Below the pieces are notes generated by a model, which saw only the letters and a list, made by a program, of their open reading frames with translations, was not told where the DNA came from and made no database searches. Shown in pieces: positions 37,487 through 47,430 of a DNA stretch of 64,000 nt. This DNA is from Nitrospirota bacterium. Its GTDB lineage: Bacteria; Nitrospirota; Thermodesulfovibrionia; Thermodesulfovibrionales; SM23-35. Both the position numbers and the translations under genes were made by a program. The DNA lies in NCBI GenBank assembly GCA_014859105.1, contig JACUUX010000002.1:34118-98117 (forward strand), given 5' to 3'. Within the stretch, counting starts at the first letter, position 1; the number at the start of each line of letters is the position of its first letter.

Positions 37487-38815
37487 ATGGAGAGATTAAG
37501 AGACAAAAAGGATGTACTGGAGTTAATTAAAAAGCATGATGTGAAATTCATCAGGCTATGGTTTGCTGATATTCATGGTCAGCTCAAGAGTTTTGCTGTT
37601 CCCGTAGATGAGCTTGAATATGCTTTTGCAGAGGGAATGGGCTTTGATGGCTCATCTATCAAAGGATTTGCGAGGATCGATGAGAGTGACATGATTGCAA
37701 GGCCAGACGCAACAACCTTTGCAATCCTTCCATGGAGGCCAAAAGAGAAGGCAGTAGCGAGGATGTTCTGTGATATCTATGAACCTGACGGTTCTCCATA
37801 TAAGGGAGACCCCAGGTATATTCTTAAGCTGAACCTCGAAAAGGCAAAACAGAAGGGATTCACATTTTATCTCGGGCCCGAGCTCGAATATTTCTATTTT
37901 AAATCTTCCAAAAATACAGAGACCCTTGATGAAGGTGGTTATTTTGATTATCCCATGGATGCTGCAGAAGACCTTCGCCGTGATACCATACTTGCCCTTG
38001 AATCTATGGGGATAAAGGTAGAGTATTCCCATCACGAGGTCGCCCATTCACAGCATGAGATAGATTTGCGATATGAAGATGCCCTGAAGATGGCCGATAT
38101 AGTTATGACTCACAGATTGGTCGTAAAAGAAATCGCCAAGCAGTATAACGTTTATGCCACTTTTATGCCCAAGCCTATATTCGGACAGAATGGAAGCGGC
38201 ATGCACACTCATCAGTCCCTTTTTAAGGGTAACAAGAATGCCTTTTTTAATTCCAGGGACGAATATTATTTATCAGACACAGGAAAGAAATATATTGCAG
38301 GAATTCTCACGCACATAAAGGAAATAAACCTTGTTCTTAACCAGTGGGTCAATTCTTATAAAAGACTTGTCCCCGGATATGAGGCCCCTGTATATATTTG
38401 CTGGGCGAGACGGAACAGGTCTGCTCTTGTGAGGGTTCCCCTTTACAAACCCGGCAAGGAAAAGGCAACCCGCATAGAGCTGCGTTCACCGGATCCTGCC
38501 TGTAATCCTTATCTTGCCTTTGCATGTATGCTGAATGCAGGACTGACGGGCATCGAGAATGGCTATAAACTACCCGAACCGGTTGAGATGGACGTCTATC
38601 ATCTGTCGGAGGAAGATAGGGTAAAGATGGGAATAGACCATCTCCCCGGGAGTCTCATTGAGGCCATAGAGTACGCTGAAAAGAGCGAAATATTAAGGGG
38701 GACCCTCGGTGACCATATATTTGAGCAGCTTATAGCGAGCAAGAAGATAGAATGGGATAATTACAGAATAAAGATCCACCCTTCTGAAATAGAGTTATAT
38801 CTACCGATTCTTTAA
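37487..38815 (+). CDS. glnA: Glutamine synthetase, type I
   Basis: 442 aa. FADIHG, DGSSI, GPELEYF, SHHEVA.SQHEI, KP..G.NGSGMHTH and RVP...R.ELR.PD...NPYLA. Confidence 0.93.
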   Translation: MERLRDKKDVLELIKKHDVKFIRLWFADIHGQLKSFAVPVDELEYAFAEGMGFDGSSIKGFARIDESDMIARPDATTFAILPWRPKEKAVARMFCDIYEPDGSPYKGDPRYILKLNLEKAKQKGFTFYLGPELEYFYFKSSKNTETLDEGGYFDYPMDAAEDLRRDTILALESMGIKVEYSHHEVAHSQHEIDLRYEDALKMADIVMTHRLVVKEIAKQYNVYATFMPKPIFGQNGSGMHTHQSLFKGNKNAFFNSRDEYYLSDTGKKYIAGILTHIKEINLVLNQWVNSYKRLVPGYEAPVYICWARRNRSALVRVPLYKPGKEKATRIELRSPDPACNPYLAFACMLNAGLTGIENGYKLPEPVEMDVYHLSEEDRVKMGIDHLPGSLIEAIEYAEKSEILRGTLGDHIFEQLIASKKIEWDNYRIKIHPSEIELYLPIL

Positions 38816-38827
38816 GATAAAAATGGG

Positions 38828-38870
38828 CGCAGAGGATTTGAGGGGTCAAGGATTCAAGTAAATTCAAGTA
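38828..38870. repeat. Family C repeat units
   Basis: cgcagaggatttgaggggtcaaggattcaagtaaattcaagta. Confidence 0.6.
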
Positions 38871-38930
38871 AAGATCGAACCCTTTAATCATAGTTCCCTC
38901 TTTAGCAACTATAGGAAGAGGGAAGAGCCA

Positions 38931-39050
38931 ATGATCCTTGACGCCCTCAAGAAAAACGGTTGAATTAATGCAAAGGCAGCAAGGCTGTTAGGGCTTACAG
39001 CAAGACAGATAGGATATAAGATAAAAAAATACGGCATATCACTGCCGGTT
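38931..39050 (+). pseudogene. Relic of a sigma-54 activator C-terminal Fis-type HTH (paralogue of 34290-34414), with an in-frame TGA
   Basis: Reads MILDALKKNG*INAKAARLLGLTARQIGYKIKKYGISLP. A core of about 50 nt (gcaaaggcagcaagg.tgtt.gg.cttacagcaagacagataggatataagat) is nearly identical to 34327-34379. No AAA+ domain lies upstream. Confidence 0.7.
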
Positions 39051-39183
39051 TTTTTATGTTAGTGTTAAGTCTGTAGCTTTCATCAAAAGCAAGACCCCTG
39101 TGTTATAAAATTCCATTTCTCTTAACTTTTTTCCCTATATTTGTTATTGTAATAACAAATATATTTGATTAATCGGTAATAAA

Positions 39184-41469
39184 ATGTCCTTTCTTCTGAA
39201 TGTAAAGCGCTTACTGCTTACCTTAATAGAAAAATACCATCCTTTCACCATTAAGTACTTTAAGGTTCTTGTTGTGATAATAATGACCCTCCTTTTAGGA
39301 GCTGTACTTATTATGGGATGGATGTCTTCAAGTAAGGTTAAAGAAATAGTAACCGAAGATTTCAATGAGCAACAATTACTTGTTGCACGGCATGTAGCAA
39401 CCCAGATAGAAAACAGCATTGATATTTTGAAAAGAGAATTGCTTCTCCTTAGTTTATCACCTTCAATACAATACTTTGAGATACCCTCTTTAAAGGACAG
39501 AATGGAGACAGCCTACTCAAGAATTGCACACATGGGAACTTTAGAAATAAGATTTATCGAAAACAGTACTAAAAAGGTCCATCATGTAATTGAAAATCAT
39601 AAATGTGCCACTGGAGATATATATCCTGAAGATTTGGATTATCTTGAATGGGCAAGAAAAGAAGAGAATAGAGGAGATATCTTTTTAACCCCGCTAACAA
39701 CAGTATCGTATAATGGTCAGTCTGAAAAACCCATAATGAAAATGATCTCACCCGTATGGCAGGTTTCTACCGATGAGGCATATCCTGTGCCACTGAATGA
39801 ATTTTCAGGAGTTTTAGTATTTGTTATTGATTTGAGCCATTTAACCGGAAATATTACTAAAGATATACGTTCAGGAAAAACAGGATACTGCTGGATTATA
39901 GATGGAAATGGTATTTTTCTCTATCATCCTGAGAAGGATTTTGTGGGGAAAAACGCCTTTGAAGTAAGAAAAGGGAAAAACCCTGCAATATCCTTTGAAA
40001 AGATCAATGAGATACAGAGAGATAAGATGCTAAAGGGTGAAGAGGGAACCAGCTGGTATATTTCCGGATGGCATAGGGGAATTGAGGGAGAGATAAGAAA
40101 ATTAATTGCTTTCACACCTTTTAAGCTGGATGAAAAAATTCAAAACAGAATCTGGTCTATAGCTGTTGTTGCACCGGTCAGTGAAGTTAAAGGTACTATT
40201 CATTCCATACATGTCCGGCAATTTTACCTTCAGGCAATAATTATCTTTGTTATTTTATTCGGCGGATTATTTATTAATTTTATGATACTCACATGGTCAA
40301 ATATACTGGAGCAAGAAGTTGCAAAAAAAACGATAGAATTGAAAAAATCAGAACAGCGATATAAATCTCTTGTGGAGAATGCAGAAGATATTATTTTCAC
40401 AGTGGATTATAAAGGAAACTTTCTGTCAATAAATAAATACGGAATAAGATTCTTTAATAGAAAGGTAGAGGAAATCGTTGGAAATAATCTTTCAGAGATT
40501 CTCTCATGGCCTAATGCAGATATGCTTCTTTTGATGATTCAAAAGGTCTTCGATACAAAGGAGAGTAAACAGATAACCCACATGTTTATAATCGGAGACC
40601 GTGAGTACTGGTTCAATACAAACCTGAGAAGGTTATATGACGAACAAGGAAACATTTACGCAGTACTTGGAATCTCAAGAGATATAACCGAAAGAAAACA
40701 TATGGAAGAGTATAGTTATTATACCGAGAAACTTGCATCTATGGGGACCCTGGCTGCAGGTGTGGCACATGAGATAAATAATCCACTCGGAATCATCCTC
40801 GGTTTTACAGACCTTATGTTGGAAAAGGCTACACCTGACTCAGCGGAATATGATATGCTGAAGACTATAGAAAAACAGGGATTGAATGCAAAGAGAGTTG
40901 TCGAAAATCTCCTGGACTTTGCACGGCATAAGGAACATAAGGAGGAATTTATTGATATCAATGAGAATATAGGAACAGTATTGGCAGTCATGGGTAATAC
41001 ACTGCTGCTGAAGAAAATCTCTGTCAATCAAAACCTGCAGGAGGATCTTCCTTCGGTTAAGGCAGACGCACGGGAATTACAGCAGGTCTTTTTTAACGTT
41101 ATAAATAATTCTATTTATGCAATGGAGGGAGGCGGCATATTAACCATAACAACAAGGTCGTTCGATAATAATGAAAAAATTGAGATACGGATCTCTGATA
41201 CTGGTCACGGCATTAAAAAAGAACACAGGATAAGGATTTTTGACCCTCTGTTTACTACAAAAGAAGTTGATAAGGGTACAGGTCTTGGCCTTTCTGTTTC
41301 TTATGGTATCGTAACAAAACATGAGGGTTCGATTAGTTTTGAAACAAAAACAAAAGAAGAATCAGCGGAGACAGGAACAACGTTTATTATTATCTTCCCA
41401 GCCGTTAAAAAATCACGAGTAGAAAATAAAGGAGGGGAAAATGGCAGAAAAGATATTGATAGTAGATGA
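39184..41469 (+). CDS. Sensor histidine kinase (TM - Cache-like periplasmic domain - TM - PAS - HisKA - HATPase)
   Basis: H-box AAGVAHEINNPLGII. N-box FFNVINNSIYAM. G1 ISDTGHGI. G2 GTGLGLSVSYGIV. PAS segment with SRDITERK. The start may lie downstream of 39184. Confidence 0.88.
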   Translation: MSFLLNVKRLLLTLIEKYHPFTIKYFKVLVVIIMTLLLGAVLIMGWMSSSKVKEIVTEDFNEQQLLVARHVATQIENSIDILKRELLLLSLSPSIQYFEIPSLKDRMETAYSRIAHMGTLEIRFIENSTKKVHHVIENHKCATGDIYPEDLDYLEWARKEENRGDIFLTPLTTVSYNGQSEKPIMKMISPVWQVSTDEAYPVPLNEFSGVLVFVIDLSHLTGNITKDIRSGKTGYCWIIDGNGIFLYHPEKDFVGKNAFEVRKGKNPAISFEKINEIQRDKMLKGEEGTSWYISGWHRGIEGEIRKLIAFTPFKLDEKIQNRIWSIAVVAPVSEVKGTIHSIHVRQFYLQAIIIFVILFGGLFINFMILTWSNILEQEVAKKTIELKKSEQRYKSLVENAEDIIFTVDYKGNFLSINKYGIRFFNRKVEEIVGNNLSEILSWPNADMLLLMIQKVFDTKESKQITHMFIIGDREYWFNTNLRRLYDEQGNIYAVLGISRDITERKHMEEYSYYTEKLASMGTLAAGVAHEINNPLGIILGFTDLMLEKATPDSAEYDMLKTIEKQGLNAKRVVENLLDFARHKEHKEEFIDINENIGTVLAVMGNTLLLKKISVNQNLQEDLPSVKADARELQQVFFNVINNSIYAMEGGGILTITTRSFDNNEKIEIRISDTGHGIKKEHRIRIFDPLFTTKEVDKGTGLGLSVSYGIVTKHEGSISFETKTKEESAETGTTFIIIFPAVKKSRVENKGGENGRKDIDSR

Positions 41470-41860
41470 CGAGCCTGACATGTTAAAGCTTTTAAGTATG
41501 ATTATCAGGGAGAAGACACCGTATGAGGTTACTATTACAAATAACCCGCTGGAAGCACTTGATATTGCCAGAAAGGGTGAGATTGACCTTGTAATTGCTG
41601 ATTTGAAGATGCCGGGACTTAATGGAATGGAATTACTCGATGCTATAAAGCGCGTGGTTGAAAATATTCCTGTTATTCTTATAACTGCTTATGGCACAGT
41701 TGAATCTGCTGCAGAAACCATGCAGAAAGGTGGATTCGACTTTATCACGAAACCTTTCAGAAAAGAGCAAATACTATTTACAATTGACAGGGCAATGAAA
41801 TGGATTCAATTACAGAGGGAAAATAAAATGCTGAAAGATCAGTTGAAAAGTAAGACGTAA
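41441..41860 (+). CDS. Receiver-only response regulator with NtrC-type linker
   Basis: KILIVDDEPD, DLVIADLKMPGLNG, ITAYG and KPF. Ends after the coiled linker (LQRENKMLKDQL), where NtrC-family proteins continue into AAA+. Confidence 0.85.
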   Translation: MAEKILIVDDEPDMLKLLSMIIREKTPYEVTITNNPLEALDIARKGEIDLVIADLKMPGLNGMELLDAIKRVVENIPVILITAYGTVESAAETMQKGGFDFITKPFRKEQILFTIDRAMKWIQLQRENKMLKDQLKSKT

Positions 41861-41895
41861 TAATTTATGAATTAAACGGGCTGAATGTACCTTTG

Positions 41896-44448
41896 CTAAG
41901 AAGGAGGAATGTATTTTTTAATGAAATCCTCAATGTACATATCGGTTATGGCATCGTTAAACATGACCATATCAAGTTGTTTTGTATAAGCCGACAATTT
42001 CCCCAATATATCTAATTTATCTTCTATAGTCGCCTTCTTATATTTTGTAAGGCCGGCGTTTATTACATCTTCCTTGACATTTACCCCGAATCCCATTTTT
42101 TTCAAAATCTCCGTTATAAGCCTGACCCGCCTTAATCTCCTGTCAAGGGCTGCTCCACCGCCCTTAAAGAAGAATTTTATGTAATTATCATTTACATTAT
42201 CTCCCGCATAAGCCTCTATCATTGAAAAATGGTAACCAAGGCGTATACTAAAATTCATATAATTCCTTGACACAATACAGAAGCTTTTTTTCCCCATCTC
42301 ATAAAGCTGTTCTTCAGGTACAGAAGCTGAATGTGCAAGCATGCCAAGGAACCCTTTGGCATCCACTGGCCGGGGTTCTGGCCAATTCATACTTTTCATG
42401 CCTTTTAATAATGCGGATAAAGGCATTGAGAGGATATCTTCAGTTGATGCTTTCCCGGGAAGTCCCTTTATACCATCACCGATATCCAGCAAAAGTGCAT
42501 CGACAGGTACTCCGGCTACAAGGGGGATAGCCTTTGTACCCTTAATATCATGATCTTTGCCTATGCTAAACATCTCCTGCATTGCTATTTCATGTGCAAA
42601 GCGGGTTATGTCATGAAAGGTCTTGCAATATTCAGGCTTGAAGTTCTCACCTTCTGGATCTATTAAATTTAGTGGTACTATCTTTTTAAGTGCTTTCCCC
42701 AGTGTTTTGAATAAATGTGTCTCTTTAAAAGATTCTTTCTTCTTAAGGGCATACTCAAGGAGTTCTTCGACTTTACCTTCGTAAATATTGCAGTTAATGG
42801 CATCTACAGTTATCCCCTGCCCGTCTCTTAAAACTCTTGTTGCCACTTCGGTATCCAGAATCGTTGGAACCTGATATTCTCTGGAGAGAGAAGCCATATG
42901 CCCTGTAGCACTCCCCACATCTGTAATAATAGCAGATGCTTTATTCATGACAGTCACATACTTTGGATTGGTATGTTTTACAACAAGTACAGCACCTTCT
43001 GGAAAATCTTTTAAATCCCCCTCATCTTTCAGTATAAATGCCTTGCCATACCCTATGCCCCTGCATGCAATTACACCTTTATCAATAAGGACATTATAAC
43101 CTTGCATTCGTGTAGGGATACAAACAGTTAAAGATTCTTTAATAGTCTTCAATGGCCGGGTCTGCAAAATGTAAACCTTATTATCACTGCCAATAGACCA
43201 TTCGATATCCTGAGGCCCTCCATAGTAGTTCTCTAAATCAAGTGCATACCGTGCCAGCAATCTGATGTGATCATCAGAAGTACATTGTTTTCCCTTCTTT
43301 TCTTCAGGAACCTCAGCCTCTTCAAGCTCTCCAGGCTTTCCACATATAAGCATCTTTTCCTGTTCTGATATCCTTTTATTAATGATAACGCCCTCCGGAT
43401 GTCTTGATACAATATATAAATCAGGTGTTATAGTACCGTCTACAAGCCATTTGCCCAATCCATAAATTGCATTTATGATAATATGATCAACCGATGGATC
43501 GTTCGGATCAGTCGTATACATTACTCCACCTGCCTCAGCATCCACCATACTTAAAACACAAACAGCCATAATCATTTCTGCCTCTGAAAAGCCTTTTGTC
43601 TTGTAGTAAAATATTGCCCTTGGATTGAATAGACTCGCAACAACCTCTTTGTATTTCTGAAGGATTAAATCTCCCGGAACATTGAGATATGTAGCATACT
43701 GCCCTGCAAAACTGAACTCACCGTCTTCACGAATAGCACTGCTTCTCACCGAAACTGTTATTTCTTTATTAATCTTCTGATATAATTTCGAATAGCCATC
43801 TCTGACAGCCTTTTCTAAATCAGAAGGAATATCAGCCTTTTGAACCATATCATATATTTCTTTGCTAACTCTATTAAGTTCTTCCAGTTTCTCTATCCCA
43901 AGCGACGACAGTACATTATTTATTTTTTCAAAAAGCGTATTATGCTCCATAAACCTTTTGAAAGCATATGAACTAATTGCAAAACCTTCTGGTACGGGCA
44001 GATTTACATGACCTTTTACTTCTGCCAGATGAGCACTCTTCCCACCTACAATACCAGCCATCTCATCAGTAATGTTTTCAAAAGGAATACTAAGCTCACT
44101 CACCGGAATCTCAATCTTATATTCCAGTATTTTTTTGATCTCTTTAACAATGTCATTGTGTACTTTGTAAAGAATCGTATATTTATCTTTAGAGAGTGTA
44201 TTCAGATTCTCAATAATGTTCAAAACCCCATCGGCAATCAACATACAGTTTGCATTTATGTAATGTCTGTCAAATAAATATTCACCCGAGAGTTTTTCCT
44301 CCATATCAGCCATGAGCTCAAGAACCTGATTATTTTTTGAAAGAACTTGCTGAAACGAGGAGTACTTGTTTTTTAAGGCATCTCTAAAAACTTCATTCTG
44401 CCTGACTTCTTCAGAGGGTTTTTTAAAAATTTTTGACAAGTTAAACAT
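41896..44448 (-). CDS. PEP-utilising-enzyme family protein (PPDK_N ATP-grasp plus swivelling phosphohistidine domain) with a non-canonical C-terminal domain
   Basis: 850 aa. GGKSAHLAEV and QDIEW...YILQTRP (ATP-grasp). TDVGSATGHMASLSREYQVPT (mobile His domain). The C-terminal about 300 aa lack the TIM-barrel PEP-utilizers_C motifs. Confidence 0.75.
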   Translation of the reverse strand: MFNLSKIFKKPSEEVRQNEVFRDALKNKYSSFQQVLSKNNQVLELMADMEEKLSGEYLFDRHYINANCMLIADGVLNIIENLNTLSKDKYTILYKVHNDIVKEIKKILEYKIEIPVSELSIPFENITDEMAGIVGGKSAHLAEVKGHVNLPVPEGFAISSYAFKRFMEHNTLFEKINNVLSSLGIEKLEELNRVSKEIYDMVQKADIPSDLEKAVRDGYSKLYQKINKEITVSVRSSAIREDGEFSFAGQYATYLNVPGDLILQKYKEVVASLFNPRAIFYYKTKGFSEAEMIMAVCVLSMVDAEAGGVMYTTDPNDPSVDHIIINAIYGLGKWLVDGTITPDLYIVSRHPEGVIINKRISEQEKMLICGKPGELEEAEVPEEKKGKQCTSDDHIRLLARYALDLENYYGGPQDIEWSIGSDNKVYILQTRPLKTIKESLTVCIPTRMQGYNVLIDKGVIACRGIGYGKAFILKDEGDLKDFPEGAVLVVKHTNPKYVTVMNKASAIITDVGSATGHMASLSREYQVPTILDTEVATRVLRDGQGITVDAINCNIYEGKVEELLEYALKKKESFKETHLFKTLGKALKKIVPLNLIDPEGENFKPEYCKTFHDITRFAHEIAMQEMFSIGKDHDIKGTKAIPLVAGVPVDALLLDIGDGIKGLPGKASTEDILSMPLSALLKGMKSMNWPEPRPVDAKGFLGMLAHSASVPEEQLYEMGKKSFCIVSRNYMNFSIRLGYHFSMIEAYAGDNVNDNYIKFFFKGGGAALDRRLRRVRLITEILKKMGFGVNVKEDVINAGLTKYKKATIEDKLDILGKLSAYTKQLDMVMFNDAITDMYIEDFIKKYIPPS

Positions 44449-44551
44449 ATTTAATTATACTCCTTAAAATTTTTCTTGACAACTTTGTTTCATATCATTA
44501 TACTTTTTATGTTTTAAAATAATTATATAATAACATCATAACTTTATTATT

Positions 44552-45289
44552 ATGAGACTTATAGATAGAGAAGATCATCAAAAGCTGTATATGCAGCTTT
44601 ATGAAATTTTAAAGAAAAAGATCGAAAATAACGAATGGCCTGTCGGTTCCCAGATTCCCACTGAACAGGAACTCTGCGAAATGTTCAATGTGAGCAGAGC
44701 CACTGTGAGGACCGCTATTCTGGAGCTTGTCAGGCAGGGGTACCTGAAGAGACAACAGGGCAAGGGAACTTTTATCTATAAAAATGTAGTTGCCGAAGGA
44801 TTGACGATGATTACAAGTCTCAAGGAGTTGATGTTGGAGGGAGGAGAAAACTTTTCTATGAATATACTTGCAAGAACAGTAATGATGCCTGTGGATGGCC
44901 TTCATTTACTGCTCGATATTCCCGAAGACAAGCATATCATTTACATAAAGAGAATGTGGTCAGTTGAAAAAAAATCTGTCATATTACAAGAATCGTATAT
45001 CCCTTACCATATCTGCCCCCTGCTACTTGAAGAAGATATTGAAAATAATTCCTTGCTTGAACTTTTCGAAAAAAAATATGGAATAAAGATTACCAATGTA
45101 AAGAACTTTATGGAAATTGCATATATTAAACCAGATGAAGCCAGGATTCTTGGACAATCAGAGAATTCAGCTGCCTTTCTTTTGAAGCAAAAATTCTATT
45201 CGGGTGACACTCTCATTATGTATTCACGCTCAATAAAAGGACCCAACAGATTTGGTTTTTTCATCGAGCTTCAGAGAAAAGCTGCATAA
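44552..45289 (+). CDS. GntR-family (HutC/UTRA subfamily) transcriptional regulator
   Basis: YMQLYEILKKKI..NEW..GSQIPTEQELCEMFNVSRATVRTAILELVRQGYL.RQQGKGTF. A UTRA-like domain follows. Confidence 0.88.
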   Translation: MRLIDREDHQKLYMQLYEILKKKIENNEWPVGSQIPTEQELCEMFNVSRATVRTAILELVRQGYLKRQQGKGTFIYKNVVAEGLTMITSLKELMLEGGENFSMNILARTVMMPVDGLHLLLDIPEDKHIIYIKRMWSVEKKSVILQESYIPYHICPLLLEEDIENNSLLELFEKKYGIKITNVKNFMEIAYIKPDEARILGQSENSAAFLLKQKFYSGDTLIMYSRSIKGPNRFGFFIELQRKAA

Positions 45290-45303
45290 AAAAGGAGGGA
45301 TTT

Positions 45304-45825
45304 ATGTCAGAAGGTAAGGTTGTAAAGGATTTGATGGTCGGTATTTTTGAGTATCCTCATATCCCATACTGGTTTTCTATTAGCCAGGCTATAAGGATTG
45401 TAAAAGTATCTTTTATCAGCACTCAGAAGTTTCCCCAACCAATGGCAATTCTTGTATTTGATGAAAAGTATAATCTCATGGGTACTTTAACCCTCAGGGA
45501 TATATTAAAGGGACTTGAACCAAGATTTTTACAGCCAACCACAAAGGCCCAGGTTCCCGAAGAAAACGAATCAGGATTGTCTCTTATATGGGATTCCCTT
45601 TTTGACACGAAGGCAAAAGAGATGTCAGAGAAACCCGTAAGCGAGGTTATGGTACCTGCCAAGTATTTTGTTGAACCTGAAGACCCTATTACAAAGGCGG
45701 CGTATCTTATGCTTCGTCATAATCTGATACTACTGCCTGTATTAGAGAACAGGAAGAAATTTATTGGTCTGGTAAGAATGGTTGAGATATTTGACGAAAT
45801 ATCCAGTGCGATCTTGAAAGAATAA
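45304..45825 (+). CDS. CBS-domain pair protein
   Basis: 173 aa with two CBS-like units (VKDLM... and VSEVMVPAKYFVEPEDPITKAAYLMLRHNLILLPVLE). Confidence 0.75.
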   Translation: MSEGKVVKDLMVGIFEYPHIPYWFSISQAIRIVKVSFISTQKFPQPMAILVFDEKYNLMGTLTLRDILKGLEPRFLQPTTKAQVPEENESGLSLIWDSLFDTKAKEMSEKPVSEVMVPAKYFVEPEDPITKAAYLMLRHNLILLPVLENRKKFIGLVRMVEIFDEISSAILKE

Positions 45826-45837
45826 GGAGGCGATAAC

Positions 45838-47355
45838 ATGGCAAAAAAAGAGGAGAAAAGGCCTCAGGGTTTACCGGAACCACCACCTGAAATAACAATT
45901 GCAAAACCAAAAATCGCCTTTAACTGGAAAAGGATATTTTTTATTTTATTGGGTTTGACTTTCTTTTTTGTTTTTTATTATATGCCTCCCCTCCCGGATG
46001 CCGTTGACCCGCTGGGAGAACATTTTCCGCTAAGCAAGGAAGGAAAAGCTGCCCTTGCATTATTTTTGCTCGCCGGTACTTGGTGGGTTTTTGAAGTTGT
46101 GCCTATCGGTGCTACAGGCATTGCCATTGGCGTCTTTCAGGCGCTTTTCCTGATCAGACCCGCCAAAGAAGCATTTCGCAGCTTTTTTGACCCTTCGGTC
46201 TGGTTTATTTTTGGCTCCATTGTTATAGGAATGGTCTTTACAAAGACAGGACTTACAAGGCGGCTTGCCTATAAGATGTTAACGTTTTTGGGTGAAAAAA
46301 CGAGCATGATTTACCTCGGATGCTTTGTGCTTACAGCCTTCCTGACACATCTCATGGCGCACACTGCTGTTGCAGCCACAATGTTTCCTCTCCTGCTTGC
46401 AGTATATTCACTTTACGGTGAAGGTGATAAAGTGACTAAATTCGGGAAGGGTCTTTTTATGGGCATGGCTTATATCGCTGGCGCAGGAAGTATTATCACA
46501 CTTCTCGGCGCAGCACGCGGAGTTGTGGCAATAGGATTTTACAACGAGATAACCGGAAAAAATATAACCTTTTTTGAGCTTACAAAGTACATGTTCATTA
46601 TTGGTTGGCTTATGACTTTTCTTCTGTGGGGTTACATGCTTTTAATTTTTAAGCCTGAAAAAAAGACCATACCCGGCCTCAGGGAAAAATCAAAAAAGCT
46701 TTATAAAGAAATGGGGTCTGTTACAGGAAAAGAAATTTTCGCCGCATTAGTTGTTTTCGGGATAATATTTTTTCTCTCACTACAATCATTCATTCCTTCT
46801 CTGAAGCCATTTGATAAATCAGCTGTTTTACTGGTCGGTACGGTTATATTCTTCCTGACGCGGATTCTTACAATCAAAGACCTCGAAGAAATCCCATGGA
46901 ATATCATACTCCTCTTCGGAGGTGCCATGAGCATCGGATTCTGCCTGTGGGAGACAGGTGCCGCAAAATGGCTGGCTATAAACTGGCTCGTCATGTTCCA
47001 GAAGGCAAACTGGTTTATCTTTATATTAGCCATAGCCTTCTTTGTCATGATAATGACTAACTTCATCATGAACGTTGCCGCGATAGCCATTTCACTTCCT
47101 GTTGCGCTTGTTATAGCACCTTACCTCGGCGTATCAGGCGAAGTAGTGTTATTTGCATCACTGGTTACAGCAGGAATGCCGTTCTTGCTATTAGTAGGCG
47201 CTGCTCCAAATGCAATAGCATATGAATCAAAACAGTTTACAGCTGGACAGTTTTTCCTTACAGGAATACCGGCAAGTATTATTTTAATAGCTGTTGTCGG
47301 ATTTGCTGTTGCCATTATATGGCCATTACTCGGGATGTCGGTTATATTGAAATAA
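45838..47355 (+). CDS. DASS/SLC13-type (ArsB/NhaD superfamily) anion permease
   Basis: 505 aa, about 12-14 hydrophobic helices in an internally repeated architecture. Family assigned by overall resemblance only. Confidence 0.6.
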   Translation: MAKKEEKRPQGLPEPPPEITIAKPKIAFNWKRIFFILLGLTFFFVFYYMPPLPDAVDPLGEHFPLSKEGKAALALFLLAGTWWVFEVVPIGATGIAIGVFQALFLIRPAKEAFRSFFDPSVWFIFGSIVIGMVFTKTGLTRRLAYKMLTFLGEKTSMIYLGCFVLTAFLTHLMAHTAVAATMFPLLLAVYSLYGEGDKVTKFGKGLFMGMAYIAGAGSIITLLGAARGVVAIGFYNEITGKNITFFELTKYMFIIGWLMTFLLWGYMLLIFKPEKKTIPGLREKSKKLYKEMGSVTGKEIFAALVVFGIIFFLSLQSFIPSLKPFDKSAVLLVGTVIFFLTRILTIKDLEEIPWNIILLFGGAMSIGFCLWETGAAKWLAINWLVMFQKANWFIFILAIAFFVMIMTNFIMNVAAIAISLPVALVIAPYLGVSGEVVLFASLVTAGMPFLLLVGAAPNAIAYESKQFTAGQFFLTGIPASIILIAVVGFAVAIIWPLLGMSVILK

Positions 47356-47430
47356 AAAGTTGAGGTCACGACGAAGAGGAAACGGATAATTCAGACTGAC
47401 CTCAACATGATTCTTTTGCAAGGAGGCTTT

